NCBI GenBank assembly: GCA_963662405.2 | Contig: CAXXKT010000001.1 | Span: 288,001-352,000, forward strand | DNA length: 64,000 bases | DNA from: Syntrophales bacterium | Lineage (GTDB): Bacteria > Desulfobacterota > Syntrophia > Syntrophales > UBA2210 | Direction: 5' to 3' | Part shown: in pieces, positions 19,664 to 28,936 of the stretch | Layout: each line of letters begins with the position of its first letter | Position numbering within the stretch: position 1 is the stretch's first letter | Notes under the pieces: model-generated | Told to the model about the DNA's origin: nothing | Databases searched by the model: none | The model's input: only the letters and a program-made list of their open reading frames with translations | Program-made: the position numbers and the translations under genes

Positions 19664-22600
19664 GTCATGCAATGTCAGTGGCAACCCCAACAAGGACTAT
19701 ACAGAGGCTAAATGCAATTTCGTGCCAAGCAAATAGCCCCTTCAAAAGAGTGGGGAACCTTTGAGGATTTATGCCATGCCCTATTCAAATGGGTATGGCA
19801 GGATCCGCTGGCGCAGAAGAACGGCCGGAGGGGGCAAGCACAGCACGGTGTCGATATCTTCGGTTCCCAGAACGGCGACCGCCGGTTCTATTGGGGCGTC
19901 CAGTGCAAGGGCAAGGACAGCAACTACGGCAGCAAAGCCGAATGGTCGGAAGTACTGGCGGAAATTGCTAAGGCGGAACAATTCTCTCCTAAACTAAACG
20001 AGTGGATATTCGCAACAACCGCTCCTGCGGATGCCAAAATACAAAAGGCCGCTCGGGAGTTGTCTGTCGAGCGCAAGGCCAAAGGTCTATTCAGCGTCGA
20101 CGTGCTGGGCTGGGAGGAAATCCTGGCCCTGATGGCCAGCGCGCCTGAAGTGATAACCGAGTTTTATCCCGAGCACGCCGACCATCTTCCGCAGGCGATC
20201 GAGGCATTGCGTGCCCTACCTCCCCTCGAAAAAAAACTCGCGAGCCTCGTTGAGAAAATCGATGCGAAGCTGCTTGAGCCTTCGAACCCACACGGCACCG
20301 CGATTTGGGAATTGGTGACGTTTGGTGGCGACCGCGGGCTGGGTCCTGCCTTAATGGGCTATTCGCTAGGGCCGTCTGACGCTTCTGCGTGTCCGCGCTT
20401 GACCGAGGTAGACACCGTTCTGTCGCAGCTAAAAATTGCTTATTCGGCGCGCCTCATTGGCGAGCCCGGAGCTGGAAAGTCGATCTGCTCATACCAAGCC
20501 GCGAAGGATTTGGCGGCGGAGGGCTGCAAAGTGCTGCGCCTGATCGATCCTCAGGCCGACAATATCTCGTTGGAGGCGGTATTGCCCGGCGAGCGTCGCT
20601 TGTATCTCATCGACGACGCTCATCTACTAAAACCTCACGTTCTTAGTCGCATAGAGGACCAGGCTGATCCGTTTCGACTGGTCCTCTCGACGCACAATGC
20701 TATTGAGCGCGTTATCCATCGAGGCTCGATCACCCTCGACGCGAAGCGTGCTGTGAAGACGATTGCAACTGCCTTGAGAGCCGACTTGCCCAAGACCTTA
20801 GAGGCCGTGCGCCTCGCTGACAACGATGTGGGCGAGCGCATGATGAATGTCGATATAGGGGATCGCTTGGACCATGCGGAAAGTGCTGCGGATCGCCCTT
20901 GGCAGTTCTGCTTCGTACTCGGAGGCGGCTGGCGACGATCAAAACAGGCAGCGGATTCCGCCCGTGCAAATAATGCTGACCTCATCCTTGCGGCGGTTGC
21001 GATCCGGCAGCTGGCATCTCGCGACGCGCGTGCCGCTACTGGAGAAATTGTGGAAGTCTGTAAACGTGCTGGCATCGATGCTGGAATAGTCGATCAAGGA
21101 TTGAAATGGCTAGGGAAACAAAGGCTGATCGTGGGCACGGTGGATTGTCGGACTCCGCATCAGCGCTTCGCTACGGTTGTGCTCAAACGTATTTTTGAGG
21201 GGCAAGGCAAGGACGCACGCGAGAAGATCGCCACAATGATCGAGGGCGTATTGCGCGATCCGAAATTCCCGTATGCAGGTTTGCGAGTGCTGATACATGA
21301 CCTTCGCTTCGGAAGTGGTAACTACAGTTGGACACGTCTTCTCGGACAGCCCGGGGTTGAGGCAGCGGTTGCGCGTTGCTGGGCGGCCGAAGGTTCGGAT
21401 CGCGGTTTTGCGGCACTTGCCCTTTCGGACCTGTGGGATTTCGCGGAGGGTGGAGTTACTGCCGTTGTGGAACCACATGTGTCTATACTGGCGAACTGGA
21501 TTTCCAATCCCAGCGATGGAGCATACGGTTTCGGCCACATATTGAACAATCTTGCTCAGCAGGATCGGGATGTCGCCGAGAAGGTCGTCGCAGCCACCGA
21601 CCCGATAGCAATCGCGGCAGCCTATTCCAACGCCAACCCCGATACGGCATACGGCTTGGCAGATCTCTTGAGTAGCGTGGCCTATGTAAAGGTTGATGAA
21701 TTCAACGCCAAAGTTCGCGTTGCTATTGATCGGGACAAACTGCGCGCGTTCGCCAAGCACGAAGCCTTTCTTGAGGACGCCTTCATCTTCTCGAAATTCT
21801 GCGCTTCGGTTGTTTCGTTGGACGAGGATCTGGCTCTGGAAATGGCCGAACTTTTTCTTCCAACGGCGCAGCAGGTTCTATCCAAAGACCCGGTGGAAGG
21901 ATTTCATCAACTCAGCCAAGATTTTGCTTCGACCGTACTGCGCGTGTTTGACGTGTTGCATGTGTACGTCGGGAAGCTGAAACCGACTCGCCGTCAGTTG
22001 GCAATCGCGCGGCGTATGTGCGATAAAGTCGATCCCAAGCGGGTAGCAGAACACATCTCGACGGTGCGTCCCCGGCATTTTCAGTCAGCAGGCTTCTTCC
22101 TTCATTTCCTCTGCCAGACGGCACCACGGAAATACGAAGCGGCCCTTTACCAAGTTGATTGGAAAAAGCTGGATTCTGTCATTGGCGATGATTGGGAGAA
22201 TATGCCTCATGACACCGAAGTGCTATTGGCCACCCTCTATTTACGGCCACCAACACGGCACCTTGTCCAAAAATTCATCTCCGACAGGGCTGACCGGATT
22301 TTGCATTTTCCACCGCGCCTAATGCTAATGGTGCCGGAAGTCGGTGTCGCACATCTTGACAAGGGCAACTCGCTTCGACTGGCCCAACACAACCACGTAA
22401 GTTGGGACTTCGGCGGCATAGCCTTGGCTTTCGTCGCAGATGCACGCCCCGAATTGGTTGAGCAGGCTGTCGGGCCTTTTGTTGATCCGATAATGCGTGG
22501 GGTGAGGGACTATAACCGAAATTTCACCGGGCCTGCAGAAGGTTTTGTTCGCATCGTGATTGAGCATGCGCCCGCTGCTTGGCACCAAGTTTTGGCCAGA

Positions 22601-22943
22601 CTTGATCCCGACGTGGCTAAGAAGAATTTGACTGAATGCCTCAGAGGAGATGCGGATCATCGGCGAACGGCAGCGGCCGTCATTGAGTCCGCAATGACCT
22701 TAGATGGCCCTGTCGGTGACATGGCTCGCCATTTGCGGTCACGGTTCCCAAAGGCATCAACCGCGCCGACAGGCACGCTGCGTTTCATCAGGCGGCGCGG
22801 GCGCTCGAGCCAGAAGCCCAAATGATAGCAAACTTCAGTATCTGAAGCAGGTATGGGAGTTGACACCCAACAAGAGAATGAAGACGGGTTTTTTCGCCTG
22901 CGCTCGTTCCTCGCTCCGGCGAAGAAACCGCTCATTCTTGACG
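19658..22943 (+). mobile_element. Integron-type gene cassette 2 (3286 bp)
   Basis: GTTGGGTGTCA (19657-67) is the perfect complement of TGACACCCAAC (22861-71). Confidence 0.85.
19712..22825 (+). CDS. Restriction-endonuclease-like domain + P-loop NTPase + helical C-terminus (candidate anti-phage protein)
   Basis: FEDLC...GRRGQAQHGVDI...GVQCK; Walker A GEPGAGKS; Walker B LYLIDD. Confidence 0.75.
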   Translation: MQFRAKQIAPSKEWGTFEDLCHALFKWVWQDPLAQKNGRRGQAQHGVDIFGSQNGDRRFYWGVQCKGKDSNYGSKAEWSEVLAEIAKAEQFSPKLNEWIFATTAPADAKIQKAARELSVERKAKGLFSVDVLGWEEILALMASAPEVITEFYPEHADHLPQAIEALRALPPLEKKLASLVEKIDAKLLEPSNPHGTAIWELVTFGGDRGLGPALMGYSLGPSDASACPRLTEVDTVLSQLKIAYSARLIGEPGAGKSICSYQAAKDLAAEGCKVLRLIDPQADNISLEAVLPGERRLYLIDDAHLLKPHVLSRIEDQADPFRLVLSTHNAIERVIHRGSITLDAKRAVKTIATALRADLPKTLEAVRLADNDVGERMMNVDIGDRLDHAESAADRPWQFCFVLGGGWRRSKQAADSARANNADLILAAVAIRQLASRDARAATGEIVEVCKRAGIDAGIVDQGLKWLGKQRLIVGTVDCRTPHQRFATVVLKRIFEGQGKDAREKIATMIEGVLRDPKFPYAGLRVLIHDLRFGSGNYSWTRLLGQPGVEAAVARCWAAEGSDRGFAALALSDLWDFAEGGVTAVVEPHVSILANWISNPSDGAYGFGHILNNLAQQDRDVAEKVVAATDPIAIAAAYSNANPDTAYGLADLLSSVAYVKVDEFNAKVRVAIDRDKLRAFAKHEAFLEDAFIFSKFCASVVSLDEDLALEMAELFLPTAQQVLSKDPVEGFHQLSQDFASTVLRVFDVLHVYVGKLKPTRRQLAIARRMCDKVDPKRVAEHISTVRPRHFQSAGFFLHFLCQTAPRKYEAALYQVDWKKLDSVIGDDWENMPHDTEVLLATLYLRPPTRHLVQKFISDRADRILHFPPRLMLMVPEVGVAHLDKGNSLRLAQHNHVSWDFGGIALAFVADARPELVEQAVGPFVDPIMRGVRDYNRNFTGPAEGFVRIVIEHAPAAWHQVLARLDPDVAKKNLTECLRGDADHRRTAAAVIESAMTLDGPVGDMARHLRSRFPKASTAPTGTLRFIRRRGRSSQKPK

Positions 22944-22949
22944 TTAATG
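22865..22949 (+). repeat. attC site (85 bp)
   Basis: ACCCAAC...agaatga...cgg.ttttttcgcc / ggcgaagaaaccg.tcattct...GTTAATG. Confidence 0.88.
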
Positions 22950-23041
22950 ATTACTGAAAGCAATCAGAGCTGGTCGGGCAAATTTGGACAGGTGCATAAG
23001 TGGGAAAGTTGCTCTATAGTGTGAGTAAGGAGGAAAGAGAT

Positions 23042-23344
23042 ATGAGCAAGAGACCGCGGAGGAATCATGCACCGGCCTTCAAGGCAAAGGTGGCCTTGGA
23101 GGCCCTGAAAGGGGACCAGACGATCGTTGAGCTTGCCGAGCGGTACCAGGTACACCCGAACCAGATTACTACATGGAAAAAGCAATTGCTGGATCATGCA
23201 TCGGACGTATTTGGCAAGGGTCATAAGGACAACCAGGGTCCGGATGTAAAAGAACTTCACGCCAAGATCGGACAGTTATCGATGGAGAATGATTTTTTAT
23301 CACATGCGCTCGGTCGCATCAACGGAACGAGCGCAAAGCGATGA
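23042..23344 (+). CDS. IS3 transposase OrfA
   Basis: HTH region FKAKVALEAL...VHPNQIT.WKKQ. Confidence 0.9.
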   Translation: MSKRPRRNHAPAFKAKVALEALKGDQTIVELAERYQVHPNQITTWKKQLLDHASDVFGKGHKDNQGPDVKELHAKIGQLSMENDFLSHALGRINGTSAKR

Positions 23345-24171
23345 TCAAGAGAGAAAAGAGTGTGCCCATAACCCGTCAATGCGAACTCTTGGAGCTGTCC
23401 CGATCGAGTGTTTATTACTCTCCGGTTCCGGTCAGCGCGAAGGATCTGGAGCTGATGCGTCAGATTGATGAGATTCATCTTCAGTATCTCTTCTATGGGA
23501 GTCGGAAGATTCGCAATGAGCTGTGGCAGAGAGGGTATGATATCGGACGTGATAAGGTACGTCGGTTGATGCGTCGCATGGGGATCGAGGCGTTGTACAT
23601 CAAGCCGAGATTATCGATAAAGCATCCCCAGCACCCGATATATCCGTATCTGTTACGGGGACTTGATATCATCCGTCCCAACCACGTATGGTCTGCCGAT
23701 ATCACGTATATTCCCATGGAACGAGGGTTCTGTTATCTGGTAGCCGTTATGGACTGGGCGAGTCGGATGGTCCTCTCCTGGCGGTTGTCGAATACGTTGG
23801 ACAGTGCGTTTTGTGTGGATGCGCTTGAAGAAGCACTCACCACGTATGGGCGCCCGGCTATCTTCAATACCGATCAGGGCAGTCAGTTTACCTCACAGGC
23901 ATTCATCGATGTCCTTCGCTCTCATGATATCTCTATCAGCATGGACGGTCAGGGGCGATGGATGGACAATGTCTTCATCGAACGGCTCTGGAAGAGTGTC
24001 AAGTACGAAGATATCTATCTGAAGGCATATGGTTCAATGAAAGAGTTGAAGAAAGGGCTTACCGACTATTTTCAATTCTACAACGGGAAGCGTTGGCACA
24101 ATACTTTTGACAAGAAGACACCAGCTATGGTTTATTTTGAGTCACTACCACAGGGACAGGCTGCGGCATGA
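23341..24171 (+). CDS. IS3 transposase OrfB (DDE)
   Basis: WSADITY, NTDQGSQF and DNVFIERLW motifs. Confidence 0.93.
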   Translation: MIKREKSVPITRQCELLELSRSSVYYSPVPVSAKDLELMRQIDEIHLQYLFYGSRKIRNELWQRGYDIGRDKVRRLMRRMGIEALYIKPRLSIKHPQHPIYPYLLRGLDIIRPNHVWSADITYIPMERGFCYLVAVMDWASRMVLSWRLSNTLDSAFCVDALEEALTTYGRPAIFNTDQGSQFTSQAFIDVLRSHDISISMDGQGRWMDNVFIERLWKSVKYEDIYLKAYGSMKELKKGLTDYFQFYNGKRWHNTFDKKTPAMVYFESLPQGQAAA

Positions 24172-24570
24172 ACACAACCCCAGGGCAACTTCCCACTTAT
24201 AAATCCCTGTCCTCTGTCCTAATAAACCGGACCACCTCAATCTTCTACAATTTCTTCAATCATAATTTTATCTACTTCAGGAAGAACACCACCGGAAAAG
24301 TCATAGCAGAGGTTGCTTTGCCCAGCCTATGGCAAATCTTGCACCTTACACCTTATCCTCACCATCGAGTGCGCCGAGAGGTTACCGATTATTTATTGAA
24401 GTCATAATTTTGAACTGATGCTCCTGTGTAGCAGCTTTCGCTAGGAAGTGCTCAAGAAAGATCAAAAGAATATGAATAGTTCTGATTATCGCTGTCTTTT
24501 CAAAGCGTGAGTTTCAAGAAGCCGAATATGAAAAGTTGTCTCATGCAAACATCCATCCGTGTGTGGATAC

Positions 24571-27500
24571 CTAATGGATACTGTGCCGCCGCACCGAAAA
24601 TTGTGTGTCCTTAATCAAATCTTTAGCTGCATGCTCAGGCATACCTTCATAGGATCTAAGCAGTTTCAGGTCTTCACGTGTTCCTCTGTGCATGATAGCG
24701 GTGGCAACGTATTGCAGTGCTTCTAATGAACGTCGCTGATCCAGCCACACTGCCATCGTCTTAATAATCTCAGACCACAGAACTCCCGTCTTCATGAAGT
24801 CATCGATCCAGTCATGGATCCATAATACATGACGTTTCTCAATAACCATTTCGTCAAGTTCTGCAAAAGCTTTATCTTTATCCCATTTGAATTTCAGGTA
24901 TGGCGGTTTTAGATGACTATCTAACAATTCTTGGCGGATTACGAACCACCCTCGCCTATTGCATGTCCACCATAGATCGCCGATATCGTGTGCCGACAAG
25001 AGGTGTAGGTAAGGTGCTAGCGCGTATATCTGGGCTTCACGGATAAGTCCTTGGCGGTTCCTCGTGTTAATCCCAAATCTCGAACTCAAATACTTCATGA
25101 GCTCAGTTGGTTCAGGACACTCATTGATGGCGGATTTTGCAGCTTCCATTAGGCTTGGTGTCGAGTGATAGAGCGCTGCCTGAACGAAGTCGGATACGAA
25201 GCGAAGATGCCTCCAGTGCTTCAGGAGAAGTCGCTCACCCTGACTCTCAGGAAGCTGTATAATTAACTCAGAAGTAATCCAGTCAGACGCGAAGGACTCG
25301 CCCCAAGTCCGCTTTGCCCGATCACCACGCCTGCCTAAAAACTCATCCAGAGCTTCGGTGAGTTCCGGTGACCAAAGATAGCGACCACATTGCCACCAGT
25401 AACTATGATCGTCTGTTTGCAACTTTTCGATCATCGCCGGAATCGCTTGTTGGTCTCCTCGGGTCAATCGTGCCCAGAGTATTTTATCTGCCAATTCAAC
25501 CGTGGGAGGCACAGCACGGAGCACCTCAATATCACCAGAATCTTGTGTCGCTGCCCAAAGTGAGAAAGCTTGTAGACGCAGATGCTTGTCTTTTGTTTCA
25601 TCTCGCCAAAGGTCAAGTAAAAGATTACGGGATACCTTTGACATCGGACAGCCATGTTCCTGATTACGTTGCCAGTCATCCTTCGCCGTCATAGCGAGGT
25701 GTGAAAACGATCCAGTTCCCTCCAGTCGTCGATGGGTAGTAGCGAGCGTCTCAGCTACGAACAAGACTGCTTTTGGATGGTCCATGCCATGAAGCATGTA
25801 GAAGATCGGCCATTTCAGGTCATCCTGAGATCCGCGTTGAACGAAGAAATCGATTGCAGAAAGCGGTGGCCATCGGTGGAAAGCCCAACGAAGTTCATAT
25901 TCAGCCACCGAGTCACGCGGCGACGGCAGGCCTTGATTGTCTGGCTGATTTGAAAGCGCCGCCCAGGCATTACAAACTGGTTCAAGGTGGCGTGCCGGGT
26001 CATCTCCGCAGCACTCCCCGAAGGCCCAAAGATACTCCGCGAGATGATCGCTGCGTTTATCATCTGAGGTCCAGCAAGCTTCAATAGCCAAAGCCAAACG
26101 TGGGGAGGCAATATGGCCAGCCAACCGCAAAGCGCCTATCCTAAAAGCGCTGTGCAAATCTGTTCGCCTGAGGAAACTGTCCAAAGCCTTGGTCAGGCTA
26201 CGGCCATAGTGGAGCTTTGCATGCTCAAGTTGGATATCACGCCACGGCGCCCCAGAGCCAGGTTCAAGATGGATACAGAGTTCTATCCCACCGGAGAGAT
26301 CTCCATTACGGAGCCGCGCGAGTTGGGCGCTTGTGGTTCGATCGCTAAACTTACGGACCAACGCAGGGACCTCGGGGGAGTCTGTTCCTGCCAACATAGA
26401 TAGAGCTTCCATTCTCAGATGGAGGTTGGACTGATCGTGCGTGGCAGGATTGTCTAGCCAGTCATTGATCGCTTGAAGAATGGCATGATGATGCGGTTTG
26501 CTGGCTTGGCCGAAAACGCGCAATGCATGGAAGAGCGCGAGCGGGTTCGAAGAGGCGACGCGCGGGAGGAAGTTTGGCTTGGGGTTTCCCCATACAAGGA
26601 CAGCACCCATCACCTCTGTAAAGTAGGGTTCTGCCACTACCTGTTCCGCCAAGAGATCTCGGCGGGCCAGCTCGCCTGCGGCGTCGGCAAGAAGCCAATC
26701 GCGCACGCGGTCATGCCGGAACAAAAGCTGCTGGTCGTCGGATGAATCGGAGAACCGAATCAGCTCGCCTTGATGTGCAAGACGTCCGAGCAAGCGCACA
26801 GGTTCGCCCTGCAACCCGGCCCAGTCGCTAACCTCGATCCAATTAAGTTCGATTTGCCGGTTTGAGAGCATCCCGCCCGCAAGTGCGCGAAGCACCTGAT
26901 GGTACTCTGCGGCTGGAAGGTCCCCGTACACAGCCGCAGCTCGTGAAAGAGACCCCTTTACAAATTGACTAATGATTTTTTGCGGATCAGGTGTTGTGCA
27001 TTGGTCATGGAGCGCGATGAGGAGTGGATCGTGACCAAGCGCATGAGAGATAGCCTCGGCACTCAATGAGCTCAGCTCTCGACCTTCCAGTCGAGCCCGT
27101 GCCAGAACGGCATTACGGCCTTCACTCTTGGTAAAGCCACCGGCTGTTATAATGAGTGGTTCAATGCGCTTTCGGGAATCTTCCCTCAAAGAAGAGAGAT
27201 TCTCCGGCCATAGAGGGCATACGAGCCGCCAGCGAGAGAACTCGCTATGACTATCCTTCGAAGGCGTGTGACTCCAGCTAGCGAGCTTCTCCACCAGGAA
27301 CTGCGTTTGTCCCGAACGATTGATATCTTCGACTACAAGAAGCAACGGTCGCTCGGGCGAGCAAAACGATAAAGCTGATGTAGACGGCAAAGCCAATGGC
27401 GGATGGAGTTTGCACAACGTCGTCGTAACGGCTTGATCAAGAGTTGTCGCCGAGGCGACTTCCGCATGAGATAGGATAATCCCGAATCCACCACCCTCTA

Positions 27501-28251
27501 TGTGCACCGCGAGTCTCCGATAGCAGGCTACCGACTTACCTAAGCCAGACCCCGCCACCAAGAACGTCACGTCACGATTCATGCTGGTTGTCAGTATAGC
27601 GTCGAGCGATCGTGAAACCCAGGCATTCGGATTGTCCGGTAGATTGTGGATCTCCAAGCTCTTCTTGGAAAGTTCATGGAGCAACTCGGTCGAGAGTTGT
27701 TCCTGGTCGATGCCCAAAAAAGAGCAGCGGATCCACTGTCCTGCGGGATTGTCAAGGAAATGGCTCAGCCTGGAGCTTGGCCACAGGTCAATCTCTAGTC
27801 CGCGATCATACCCCGCCGCCGCAACGGCACGAACCAGAGATTGGTCAGGTTCTTTGTTCGTCGTGAGGACCAGTGTTACACGCAAATTCGGTGTTCGTGT
27901 CCGCTCCTCCATCGCCAGCTCCGCTGTTTTGATGAGATCTCCGGCAGGCGCTGTAGACTGCGACTTCTTACGCGGCCTAACTTTGGATGGATCGTGCAGC
28001 CACTTCTTTTTCAGATCGTTTCGGGCGGTGGTCGTGTGGTGAACAGCTATCATATGTGGTGGATCGGCACCCGGCACAAAGCAGATTCCATCTAAGGGTG
28101 CCTTTACCGTCTTGCCAGCGACGTTCACACCTGTATGAGCTAACGAGTGGTAGGTCTGATTCGCTTCACGTAAGATCGCCGTCGCAAAGCGCTCAAAAAG
28201 TCCTTCATCGGTGATATTTGACAGGGCTTGTTGAGTTCTCTCTGCGCTCAT
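24571..28251 (-). CDS. Large STAND-like NTPase with N-terminal nuclease-like region (candidate anti-phage protein)
   Basis: FERFATAILRE N-terminus; Walker A AGSGLGKS; Walker B LLVVED; FRHDRVRDWL; long helical C-terminus. Start uncertain (28251 vs 28341). Confidence 0.7.
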   Translation of the reverse strand: MSAERTQQALSNITDEGLFERFATAILREANQTYHSLAHTGVNVAGKTVKAPLDGICFVPGADPPHMIAVHHTTTARNDLKKKWLHDPSKVRPRKKSQSTAPAGDLIKTAELAMEERTRTPNLRVTLVLTTNKEPDQSLVRAVAAAGYDRGLEIDLWPSSRLSHFLDNPAGQWIRCSFLGIDQEQLSTELLHELSKKSLEIHNLPDNPNAWVSRSLDAILTTSMNRDVTFLVAGSGLGKSVACYRRLAVHIEGGGFGIILSHAEVASATTLDQAVTTTLCKLHPPLALPSTSALSFCSPERPLLLVVEDINRSGQTQFLVEKLASWSHTPSKDSHSEFSRWRLVCPLWPENLSSLREDSRKRIEPLIITAGGFTKSEGRNAVLARARLEGRELSSLSAEAISHALGHDPLLIALHDQCTTPDPQKIISQFVKGSLSRAAAVYGDLPAAEYHQVLRALAGGMLSNRQIELNWIEVSDWAGLQGEPVRLLGRLAHQGELIRFSDSSDDQQLLFRHDRVRDWLLADAAGELARRDLLAEQVVAEPYFTEVMGAVLVWGNPKPNFLPRVASSNPLALFHALRVFGQASKPHHHAILQAINDWLDNPATHDQSNLHLRMEALSMLAGTDSPEVPALVRKFSDRTTSAQLARLRNGDLSGGIELCIHLEPGSGAPWRDIQLEHAKLHYGRSLTKALDSFLRRTDLHSAFRIGALRLAGHIASPRLALAIEACWTSDDKRSDHLAEYLWAFGECCGDDPARHLEPVCNAWAALSNQPDNQGLPSPRDSVAEYELRWAFHRWPPLSAIDFFVQRGSQDDLKWPIFYMLHGMDHPKAVLFVAETLATTHRRLEGTGSFSHLAMTAKDDWQRNQEHGCPMSKVSRNLLLDLWRDETKDKHLRLQAFSLWAATQDSGDIEVLRAVPPTVELADKILWARLTRGDQQAIPAMIEKLQTDDHSYWWQCGRYLWSPELTEALDEFLGRRGDRAKRTWGESFASDWITSELIIQLPESQGERLLLKHWRHLRFVSDFVQAALYHSTPSLMEAAKSAINECPEPTELMKYLSSRFGINTRNRQGLIREAQIYALAPYLHLLSAHDIGDLWWTCNRRGWFVIRQELLDSHLKPPYLKFKWDKDKAFAELDEMVIEKRHVLWIHDWIDDFMKTGVLWSEIIKTMAVWLDQRRSLEALQYVATAIMHRGTREDLKLLRSYEGMPEHAAKDLIKDTQFSVRRHSIH

Positions 28252-28687
28252 AACGTGTTTCAAGCTTACAGGAATCCATATTTGTGGTTGAATGATATAT
28301 ACTCCGCTATTCCGTATATCATCAATTTCAGAACGACACAAAAATTTCTTGGTTCAGGGAACAGTCAGATACTTCACTGCATGTTTCTACCCTTATTCAA
28401 TAATCTGGCCAGAAACCCGACCTATACCTTTGTATTTGAAGTCTTTCATACCTTCGATTATGCGAGTTCCAAGGAGTACAGGAAGGAGCAGATAATCTAC
28501 ATGAACCTAGAATGTGCAGCCCGAGTTGTGCATCTTTCAACCCGCATTCGATAAGGTTGGCTGACGAATTGTGGTGCTGACTTGTATTTGTAGTCAATAA
28601 ATGTGGGAAATGGATTCGCGGCTTGGCTTGCAATCCGTACTGTTCAGGCAGGATAAAGGAAAATGCCAGAGTGTCGGTTATTGACGC

Positions 28688-28899
28688 CACCTACTAACAA
28701 GCAAAATTCTCTCACAATTAAAACGATGATTACCGATTGAAAGCCTCACGGTAAAATCTCTTGACAATACATAATCATAGAGTTAACTAAATAGCGGTTT
28801 TGATCTTGATTTTTTCTGTTTGTAAACGGCTGTAACCTAGAGGGGATTATGGTCTTATCACCAAAGCCCTGTTTCTCACAAAGAGAGATGGGGCTTTTG
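28688..28899 (+). promoter_or_regulatory. Conserved leader L, copy C
   Basis: CACCTACTA at 28688; TTGACA at 28761-66; terminator 28866-28898. Confidence 0.85.
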
Positions 28900-28936
28900 T
28901 ATCTTGTGGCAAACCGGAAAGAAAGAGATTTTCACA

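Larger units (their letters stand above)
22966..24239 (+). mobile_element. IS3-family element, copy 1 (1274 bp, 3-bp TSD ATC)
   Basis: Imperfect IRs agagctggtcggg...ggacag / ctgtcc...ccggaccacctca; ATC at 22963-65 and 24240-42. Confidence 0.92.
22943..24353 (+). repeat. Conserved element E, copy B (split by IS3)
   Basis: 22943-22965 joined to 24243-24353 rebuilds gttaatgattactgaaagcaatcttctacaatttcttcaatcataattttatc...accttacacct. Confidence 0.85.

Noticed and set aside
28516..28563. Possible attC (cagccc...gttggctg) upstream of the NTPase gene
   Set aside because: It lacks paired AAC/GTT cores and L-box pairing.
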